Shown here piece after piece: positions 1 to 6,952 of a stretch of 19,900 nucleotides of DNA. A program made the translations under genes and the position numbers. Position 1 is the first letter of the stretch. The number at the start of each line of letters is the position of its first letter. The stretch is from Fimbriimonadales bacterium (GTDB lineage: Bacteria; Armatimonadota; Fimbriimonadia; Fimbriimonadales; ATM1), in NCBI GenBank assembly GCA_041744215.1, contig JBGTLG010000008.1, positions 1 to 19,900 on the forward strand. The letters run 5' to 3'. Under the pieces are notes generated by a model. The model was not told the DNA's origin and did no database searches. It worked only from the letters and a program-made list of their open reading frames with translations.

Positions 1-1
1 C

Positions 2-3000
2 GAGACCATCAGGAGCCTTTCCGACTGGTTCCATCCTGGCATCGCCAGCACCTTCAACTTTTAGTTTTCCGAAGAGCAAACCCATCTGCGCTTCGTGCAG
101 TGCTTTCAGCTTCGTCCATGTCGGGTTCGCGACCTTGAGCCGATAGAACTCCGCCATCACGGCCGCGGTCGTAGGATCTGCGACTGGCCACAGCGTCGCA
201 AGCACCGACTCCGCACCTTTGAGCAACAACAGCGATGCAAAACTTTCGACGACTCCGCCAGCGTCGCTGGAAAGCTCGCGCGCCGTGCTACAGGCCGACA
301 TCGCGAACACTGCTACGCCTTCAAGAGCTTTTTCAGGAAGCGCCTTTAATTCGGATGCGGACCATGTCTCGCCATTTCCAAGAAGGAGGAATGACCTTAT
401 GTCGTTCCCAGGATTGAATTGGAAGTGGCTGGCGATGTGAATGACCTTCGGTCGGGAGGTTAGCGCCTGGATGAGCGCTTCCTTGCTGAACTTATCGTCG
501 GGAAGAGTCTTCGTTCCTGGCAGGGCCTTTGCGATGCCTTCCAGTTCTGATGGGACAAACTTCAATTCTGGAAAGTTGTGCATCTTGTTAGGGATGACCG
601 GATCCTCGACCGAGTGCTCTTTGCTTGTTCCCATCGCGACTCCCTTCCAATCTTGAATGGGTGTGGCAGCCAGGTTCGCCATCGCGGCAGGAGAGAAAAG
701 GACGGTGCCGTACTTTTCTATAAGATACTTCTCGCCATCCCAAAGCGCACCGATCGGAATGTGGCGGAGATTGCCTGAGAGCGACCAGAGAATCGTCTTC
801 GTGTCGTTCTTCTTAAGTTCGTCTTCGATCGGGGCGATGAGCAGGTCGTAAAACTCCTTGCCTAGTGGGCGGGGATCCAACTGTGGATTCTCGAGTGCAT
901 GCAGGAACGCCACAATCTTCTCGTTCCATTTGTCCACTTCGGTACGCTCTACTACTTCGCCCGAGAGATTTTTCGAAGTCGCCACCAGGAGTGCGAGGGC
1001 ATCGTCTGTAAGAGCCGTGAACACCGCGGTCGTTCCCGGCGGCATTTGGGCAAGAGCGGCTTGAAGGTCCTCGGACTCGCGTGTTTTGTCGAGCCGGTTC
1101 GTCTCCGGATCTATCTGCCTGCTCTCCGCTTCGATCTCTCGTAGCACGCGCGAAAGATCTTCCGATAACCCCGTCAGTTTGGCTTGCAAATCCTCGAGTT
1201 CGGTCTGCTGATCCGGCAGCCGCTCACGGATGTTCCTCAGCTCGACCTCTCTCTTGCCGAGCGTTCCGATGGAATCCATGACCGCTCCGAAACGGTCACT
1301 CCAGTCTTGCTCGCTCTTCGTGAATTCCGGTTTAGAGAATGTGCGTTCGTCGGCACTCGATTCATATTGGAAGAGCTCGTGTTCTTGTCCCAATACCATG
1401 ATCTGTGCCGCTTCTGCCAACCTCATTTCACCCACCAACCACAAAGACAACCTATCAAACTTATCCGAGACAGACTCAGTCAGGGCCCTCGTAACCTTTG
1501 AATCGATTCCTTCCGAAAGCATGCGGAGTCTCTGGGTGTGGACTAAGGCTAGCTTCACCATCATCAAGAAGGCCGGGTCCGCATTGAGATCGAGAAAAAT
1601 CGTTCCCATGTTACGTAGCGTTGCCGCCTCTCCGCGAATGTCTTCGACCCTCCTATGCAGCGGTAGCGCCTGCTCGTAGTGATCCAGAGCTTTGCGCTTC
1701 TCGCCAAGATCGGAATGGACAGTTCCGATGTTTTTTAGCGTCGTCGCTTCTCGGCTCATGTCTTCGGCTTGCCTGAAGAGCAGCAGGGCTCGCTCGTAGT
1801 ACTCCAGAGCTGTGCGATTCTCGCCGATGTAGGAATAGGCCGTTCCGATGTTGGACAGCGCCGCCGCCTCTCCTTCGATGTGCTCGTCTTTCCTGCTGAG
1901 CCGCGCAGCGTGTCCGAAGTACTCCAGAGCTTTGTGCTTCTCGCCGAGGTGCAAGTAGACGGCTCCGATATTGGTTAGCGCCGCCGCCTCTCCTCGGATA
2001 TCTTCGGACTTCCGATACAGTGGCAATGCATGTTCATACTGCTCCAACGCCATGCGTCTGTCGCCCAAGTCTGAATAGACCCACCCGATGTTGAGGCGCG
2101 TCGCAGCTTCCCCGCCCATCTTTCCGGCCAGCCTAAAGAGTGGTAGCGCCAATTCGAAGTAGTTTAAAGCCATGCGGTTCTCGCCAAGGTACGTATAAAC
2201 CAACCCGAGACTGTTCAGAATGTCCGCCTCTCCGTGAAAGTGCTTGACTTTTCGGAAAAGCGGCAGCGCTTCAGCGTAGTACTCCAGGGCCTTTGTCTTT
2301 TCGCCGAGTTGGGAATAGGACGCCCCGATCTGGCTCAGCGCAGTCGCCTCTCCGGAAATGTCTCCGCTCTCGCGTCGTAGTGGTAGGGTCTGTTCGTAAT
2401 ATTCCAGCGCCATACGTTGGTCGCCCAAGTCGGAATAGGTTGCTCCCATGTTGTACAGTGCCACCGCCTCTCCGCGAATGTCTGACGTCCTTCTGTATAG
2501 CGGGAGTGCCTGCCCGAAAAACTCCAGCGCTCTACGCTTCTCGCCGAGTTTAGAATAGGACACTCCGATCTGGTTCAGCGTGACCGCCTCGCCGGAAATG
2601 TCACCGATCTTCCGTCGGATTGCCAGCTCCTGCTGGCAGTACTGCAGAGTTTGGCGCTCCTCGCCGAGATCGGAGTACAACTCAGAGAGGGTCCCCAACA
2701 TGTCCGCCTCCATCTTTGAGTTCTCCGCCAGCCTCCAAAGCAACAACGACTCCTCAAATGATTCGATCGCTTTGTGTCTTTCGGCCAAATCGGAGTAGAG
2801 GCGTCCGAGACCGCCAAGCACGATAGCCTGCATTTCTACCTCCTCTTGGGTTTTCCAAAGTTGCACGGCCCGTTGCATGCATTCGATCGCTCGTTGGATC
2901 TCTCGCAACTCAAAATGGACTAGTCCTTTGACCATTAGCGTCGTCGCCTCTCCGATCATGTCTTCGGCCTTCCGATATAGCGGCAGTGCCTGCTCGTAGA

Positions 3001-3289
3001 ACGCGATCTCCTGACGTTGGCCACCAAGGATCCCTGACGCCTTGCCCAACCAGAAGAGAGACCACGCCTGGCCGGGAACATCCTCTAACTCAATCGCCTT
3101 CTCGTGCGCCGCCCGGGCCATCTTGAGCTTCTCTTGCCACGGTGCGGAACTCGCCTCGATCCGGTCCAGGCGCGCCTGCACTTCCGGGTGGGGCTTTTGC
3201 GGCGCCTTCTTCTGCTGCTCCTGCGCGGGGGGATTCTGAGTCCACTCGTGAGGACCCAGAGTGAAACTCGGCGCTTCCAACAGCGCCAA
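2..3289 (-). CDS. TPR-repeat + CHAT (caspase-like) domain protein, 3'-incomplete, start uncertain
   Basis: Manual translation gives an open minus-strand frame from just after TAA-TGA (3316-3311) to the window edge. It is missing from the ORF track because its stop lies outside the window. It has about 12.5 repeats of 40 aa (e.g. GEAAALTNIGAVYLHLGEKHKALEYFGHAARLSRK), a coiled-coil linker, then CHAT motifs LYDLLIAP-like (FYDLLIAP), LRHIPIGALWDG, VIHIASHF (His codon 427-425), AMSACST (Cys codon 292-290) and GAESVLATLWPVAD. Candidate starts are TTG 3289, TTG 3280 and ATG 3121, none with a good RBS. Confidence 0.93.
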   Translation of the reverse strand, partial: MALLEAPSFTLGPHEWTQNPPAQEQQKKAPQKPHPEVQARLDRIEASSAPWQEKLKMARAAHEKAIELEDVPGQAWSLFWLGKASGILGGQRQEIAFYEQALPLYRKAEDMIGEATTLMVKGLVHFELREIQRAIECMQRAVQLWKTQEEVEMQAIVLGGLGRLYSDLAERHKAIESFEESLLLWRLAENSKMEADMLGTLSELYSDLGEERQTLQYCQQELAIRRKIGDISGEAVTLNQIGVSYSKLGEKRRALEFFGQALPLYRRTSDIRGEAVALYNMGATYSDLGDQRMALEYYEQTLPLRRESGDISGEATALSQIGASYSQLGEKTKALEYYAEALPLFRKVKHFHGEADILNSLGLVYTYLGENRMALNYFELALPLFRLAGKMGGEAATRLNIGWVYSDLGDRRMALEQYEHALPLYRKSEDIRGEAAALTNIGAVYLHLGEKHKALEYFGHAARLSRKDEHIEGEAAALSNIGTAYSYIGENRTALEYYERALLLFRQAEDMSREATTLKNIGTVHSDLGEKRKALDHYEQALPLHRRVEDIRGEAATLRNMGTIFLDLNADPAFLMMVKLALVHTQRLRMLSEGIDSKVTRALTESVSDKFDRLSLWLVGEMRLAEAAQIMVLGQEHELFQYESSADERTFSKPEFTKSEQDWSDRFGAVMDSIGTLGKREVELRNIRERLPDQQTELEDLQAKLTGLSEDLSRVLREIEAESRQIDPETNRLDKTRESEDLQAALAQMPPGTTAVFTALTDDALALLVATSKNLSGEVVERTEVDKWNEKIVAFLHALENPQLDPRPLGKEFYDLLIAPIEDELKKNDTKTILWSLSGNLRHIPIGALWDGEKYLIEKYGTVLFSPAAMANLAATPIQDWKGVAMGTSKEHSVEDPVIPNKMHNFPELKFVPSELEGIAKALPGTKTLPDDKFSKEALIQALTSRPKVIHIASHFQFNPGNDIRSFLLLGNGETWSASELKALPEKALEGVAVFAMSACSTARELSSDAGGVVESFASLLLLKGAESVLATLWPVADPTTAAVMAEFYRLKVANPTWTKLKALHEAQMGLLFGKLKVEGAGDARMEPVGKAPDGL
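1575..3074 (-). repeat. Degenerate 120-bp coding tandem repeat (40-aa TPR-like units, 12 full plus 1 partial)
   Basis: CGCCTCTCC-like motifs (G-E-A codons) recur on the + strand near 1626, 1746, 1866, 1986, 2106, 2226, 2346, 2466, 2586, 2706, 2946 and 3066, an exact 120-bp period. Confidence 0.92.
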
Positions 3290-3663
3290 AGTCTTGCTGC
3301 GCGGAACGGCTCATTATCGAGGTCTTCTCCCAAGTGGTACTTGAAGCCACCTGAGAAGACAACAATTCGCGGCGCTCCCCAGCGGAGCGGAACGACAGCA
3401 GCTCGTCTTTGAGCCGCATTGTGAACGCCGCAGACTAGGACTTTTCCGCCGAGAACGATCTCCTCGGCTTCAGCTTCAATGGCATTGAGTTCCTCAGTGG
3501 AATGCTCATTCGGACCTATTGCCGCCTTCACGAGAGCAAGTTCGGAACGCAGGATGCGCGCGTTGCCGTAGAGCCACAGCCCCGCCTCTTCGTAGAAACC
3601 GGGCTCTTGGTCAAAAGGGGCAGTCCGAAGCGGTGGAAGTTGCCCTTTCGTAATCGAAGACAT
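3085..3663 (-). CDS. DprA/SLOG-like Rossmannoid protein, probably C-terminally truncated or frameshifted near 3285-3227
   Basis: Strong RBS (AAGGAGG) just upstream of ATG 3663. The segment LWLYGNARIL..AEEIVLGGKVLVCGVHN..LRWGAPRIVVFSGG follows the DprA/SMF pattern (LFxxGdxxLL..LaxxGxxIVSG..AlxxGgxTIAVLgtG). After RAARLWR the frame turns into Arg-rich shadow sequence overlapping the TPR-CHAT frame by about 205 bp. Confidence 0.6.
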   Translation of the reverse strand: MSSITKGQLPPLRTAPFDQEPGFYEEAGLWLYGNARILRSELALVKAAIGPNEHSTEELNAIEAEAEEIVLGGKVLVCGVHNAAQRRAAVVPLRWGAPRIVVFSGGFKYHLGEDLDNEPFRAARLWRCWKRRVSLWVLTSGLRIPPRRSSRRRRRKSPTRKCRRAWTGSRRVPHRGKRSSRWPGRRTRRRLS

Positions 3664-3908
3664 TGCTCAACCTCCTTGGTGCTCGCTAAGTCCGAAGACC
3701 TGGCGTGTCATCCCAATTTGAGAAGAGCCAGCGCATTGCGCAAAAGAAGTTGCTTTTGGGAAACAGAAGGCAGTAAGAAGGCAACCGCACTCTGCGCGCT
3801 CGTTTCCTTGATCGGCATGACGCACTGTCAACAGACGAAGCGAATCAACTTCGAACCGAGAGCGAGTTCAACCGGCGGCGCAAGAGGAGTAACAACGCCG
3901 CAGCGAAC

Positions 3909-4883
3909 TTAGGGATAGATCCCGAGTACTACGATTTCATAAGGCAGCGGTATGCGCTCGCCTGGGGTGATCGTCACCTGGTTTCGCACCTCTGTCAGAT
4001 CGACACGCGGCATTCCTAACACTTCCGCCGTCTGGCCGACGACCAGTTGTTTGATTCGCTCCTCTGTCTCTGATCCCGGCACCAACACCATTCGCAGATT
4101 CTGCTTGTATGTTGTCGTTTCCGAAATGTTGAGCGCGTTTCCGTAGCATGCGAATCCATCCTTTAGGGGAAATGCTGGGCTGGTCTTCCTCAGCTTGAAC
4201 CGAACGTAGTTGCTGTGCGCCGTACCGGTTGAGATGGTCGTTGTCGTGCTCGTTTTTGTCAAGACACAGCGCAAGCCGTTGTAGTGGGTGAAGGCGTTCT
4301 GCGCCGTCTTCGGCTGATACGGAATCGCGCCGGGCGGTAGCGGGTAGGAGTTGGAATGTACGGGCGTTCGGGTGCTGATCGTGCGGATTGTGTCGAGCAA
4401 ATCGAGATCATCGATGCGCGTTACTGGATGGATTTCCATTACGTGATCCGGATTGGTATTCGTGATCGCAGGAATGGGCGCGCCAATCACGTGGTCGTTT
4501 CCGCCGGGATGTTCGCACCAGAGTCTGCAGACTCCGCCAAGTTTGATGCGCTTACCGTCTGCAATACGTTGCTGCAAGTATCGGATCGCATCGTAGCGAT
4601 CCTGCGAGTTCATGAGTTCTGCGATCATCGGCATGCGGATCGTCGTCGTAGTACCGGCAATGTGGATGTCGTAGTCGTCTTGAGGCCTGCTGTTCGTAGT
4701 CCATTTCGGCTTGCTGTGCACAAACTGAACCCGCATCTGGGTTCCGATCAGGACCCGATCGCTGTAGTAGGCGAGCCACGAATTCGTAAGGGTGATCCTG
4801 ACGTCGGAAAACGCCGCCGAGTTCAACCCGACAAGTAGGAATGCCGAGAGGATGAATGCGGTGATTCGCCTTGTTCGTTTCAT
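3909..4883 (-). CDS. Secreted hypothetical protein with DxDxHI...WxEH...HxxEIHPV motifs
   Basis: Long ORF (track 3909-4955). ATG 4883 is preferred because it begins a typical signal peptide, MKRTRRITAFILSAFLLVGLNSAAFS. The mature part is beta-rich. Confidence 0.75.
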   Translation of the reverse strand: MKRTRRITAFILSAFLLVGLNSAAFSDVRITLTNSWLAYYSDRVLIGTQMRVQFVHSKPKWTTNSRPQDDYDIHIAGTTTTIRMPMIAELMNSQDRYDAIRYLQQRIADGKRIKLGGVCRLWCEHPGGNDHVIGAPIPAITNTNPDHVMEIHPVTRIDDLDLLDTIRTISTRTPVHSNSYPLPPGAIPYQPKTAQNAFTHYNGLRCVLTKTSTTTTISTGTAHSNYVRFKLRKTSPAFPLKDGFACYGNALNISETTTYKQNLRMVLVPGSETEERIKQLVVGQTAEVLGMPRVDLTEVRNQVTITPGERIPLPYEIVVLGIYP

Positions 4884-5108
4884 CTCCCGGCTTTCGACGC
4901 CGCGACCTCGTGTTCCTTCTGACCCTGTGGCTGCTCCCCTTATCATCACCTTCACCTAACTGAGGTCGATCATCTCGCTCTGAGGGAGATCTGGAGCGAG
5001 ACCCAGACCGATCCTCCTTAATGCAGCGCCTCGGGCTCTTTGCAAATCTCGAATTTTCAGGAAGGAATATCATGCTCCGCGTCGAATTGTTCATTAGGTA
5101 GGGACTTT

Positions 5109-5609
5109 ATGACCGATATGCCTAGGCAAAGTCGCAACTATTCGGCGGACCTTGAATCGTGGCTGACATGGCGATTTAAGCTGACCTTAGAGGATGCACA
5201 GGACGTCGCCCAGGAGGCCAGGATTACTGTATTCGCCAAGTCAACGACGGTCTCGGCCTCGTCCTGTACACCTTTGCTGCGTGCCGTCGCAATTAGGGTC
5301 GCCCTGAACCATGTTCGCAAGGAGAAACGCTTCCAAGACCTCATGGCGAGGACTTCCTTGCTTGTTTGCCCGTCCACCGATGAGCAATTCGCCGAGATCG
5401 ACGCCCGTTCGCTACTGCAATCCCTCTGCCTAAAGGCAACGCTCTCCGAGGCGGATGCAGCATTGCTATTCGGGGCCGTGATTGGACGACTCAGCCTTAG
5501 CCAACTTGCGGCACAAGCTGGTGCATCCGAATGCGCCGTGCGAAAGCGAATTGCTCGGGCGGTCCGCCGAATCCGAAAGGCAAATGTCGAGGCGGTCGTG
5601 CCGGAATAA
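5109..5609 (+). CDS. ECF-type sigma-70 family RNA polymerase sigma factor
   Basis: Region 2 motifs DAQDVAQEA and LRAVAIRVALNHVRKEKR, and region 4 HTH LSLSQLAAQAGASECAVRKRIARAVRRIRK. ATG 5109 follows AGGTAGGGA; the track's TTG 5040 start is less likely. Confidence 0.85.
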   Translation: MTDMPRQSRNYSADLESWLTWRFKLTLEDAQDVAQEARITVFAKSTTVSASSCTPLLRAVAIRVALNHVRKEKRFQDLMARTSLLVCPSTDEQFAEIDARSLLQSLCLKATLSEADAALLFGAVIGRLSLSQLAAQAGASECAVRKRIARAVRRIRKANVEAVVPE

Positions 5610-5620
5610 CCTCGGCGCGC

Positions 5621-5654
5621 CGACACTTTTTTCAAAGTTCTAAAAAATGTGTCG
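5621..5654. promoter_or_regulatory. Inverted repeat immediately after the sigma gene
   Basis: CGACAC-TTTTTT (5621-5632) pairs with AAAAAA-T-GTGTCG (5642-5654) around a 9-nt loop. Function (terminator or operator) is unknown. Confidence 0.4.
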
Positions 5655-5896
5655 CGGTTTGTGTCCCAATTTTTCTCCGAGAAGACATTAACTACCAACC
5701 ATCTACGGAATTGACCTTCATACGTAGGTGGGGACGGGATCCGAGGAGACCACGATCGTCGAAACGAAGGCTTTGCCCCAACCTTGGCCGACCCTTCGGA
5801 TGCGAAAGATTTACATCTTTCGCGATATCGTGAACTACCCGCGAGTTCTCGACGCATAGCGCGGGGCTCGGGTCTAGCGAGGAAACCAAGCAGACG

Positions 5897-6952
5897 ATGA
5901 CACCGAGACAAAGAGGGGATGTAAACAGCGGCCCAGGCTCTAGCCGGCGAGAGACCGCTGGCGCGATCGTAGCCGGGACGGTACTCCTCGCTGCCGTAAT
6001 CCTCGTGTCCTTAGGCATCAAGAGCAATACGGAGCCGCCCTCTTGGACGAGGCCCGACTTCCGCAGCCCCGAAGCAAAATCAGCAGACTCCGGAAGGACC
6101 GAAGGTGACCGCGCCTACTCCCGAGCCGACTTTCCAGCTGCAGAAGCCGCCTACCTAAAAGTTCTGCATGATTTCTCAGGATCCGAAGACCCCGACACTC
6201 AAGACCAAGTCGGCATTGCCCGCCTCAGGCTCGGCTACGTCGCCGGCAAGTCCGAAGACTTCGCAAAAGCCCAAGCTTGGTTTGACGAAGCTGCAACCGG
6301 CTACAAAGGCCGGGGCGGTGTGGATCCAGCGTTCGGTTCCATCGACGACCAGGGCGCCTACCAAGCTGCCGTCTCCCTCGCTGCTCAAGGAAAGATCGCC
6401 GAGGCAGAGCAAGCATTCGTCGCTTTCATCAAAGAGCGCAACCTGAGTCCACTTGTGCATGCGGCGTTCAACCGCCTCGTTAGGTTGACCGGCGGAAAAC
6501 CGAAAGCCGAACACGAAGCGCTCTTGCAGGAGGCGGTCACCGCACAAGAAAAGCACATCGCAATCGAATCCGCGATGTGCGGCCCGAAGGCTATCTGCCA
6601 TCTGCTCAAGCTCCTCGGGCGAGAAGAACCAGACTATCATGACGTCGCAAAACTCTGCAGCACGACAGAAAAGGGCACGACCATCCTAGGTCTAAGAACG
6701 GGCCTCAAAGAACTCGGGCTTCAGTCCTTTGGCTACCGGGTCAATCGCAGCGACGTCAGCCGCATCCCGCTCCCGGCAATCAGCCTAATCGAAGGGCACT
6801 ACGTCGTTATCGTCTGGATCAGTCGAACCAACATCGGCTTTTATGATCCGCTCTATCGGAGCGAGAGGGAGATCTCGCTTCCTCCCATCACCGACAATCG
6901 ATTTTCGCTCGACATCGTGACGCTTAAGTTGCTACAGGAGGATCTGCAATGA
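5897..6952 (+). CDS. Membrane-anchored TPR + C39-family cysteine peptidase (no ABC domain)
   Basis: N-terminal hydrophobic helix (AGAIVAGTVLLAAVILVSLGI) and three TPR-like helical hairpins. C-terminal C39 signature: CGPKAICHLLKLLG (C228), GTTILGLRTGLKELG, LPAISLIEGHYVVI (H301), FYDP (D317). Confidence 0.88.
   Translation: MTPRQRGDVNSGPGSSRRETAGAIVAGTVLLAAVILVSLGIKSNTEPPSWTRPDFRSPEAKSADSGRTEGDRAYSRADFPAAEAAYLKVLHDFSGSEDPDTQDQVGIARLRLGYVAGKSEDFAKAQAWFDEAATGYKGRGGVDPAFGSIDDQGAYQAAVSLAAQGKIAEAEQAFVAFIKERNLSPLVHAAFNRLVRLTGGKPKAEHEALLQEAVTAQEKHIAIESAMCGPKAICHLLKLLGREEPDYHDVAKLCSTTEKGTTILGLRTGLKELGLQSFGYRVNRSDVSRIPLPAISLIEGHYVVIVWISRTNIGFYDPLYRSEREISLPPITDNRFSLDIVTLKLLQEDLQ

Noticed and set aside
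1575-3074. CRISPR array suggested by regular periodicity
   Set aside because: The period is 120 bp, the units are degenerate along their whole length, and they encode in-frame TPR units. There is no repeat-spacer structure.
95-3239. Many short plus-strand ORFs in the track
   Set aside because: They are antisense shadows of the TPR-CHAT gene.
5138-6027. Minus-strand ORFs of 257 aa and 111 aa
   Set aside because: They are antisense to the sigma and C39 genes, with low-complexity Arg/Ser-rich translations.
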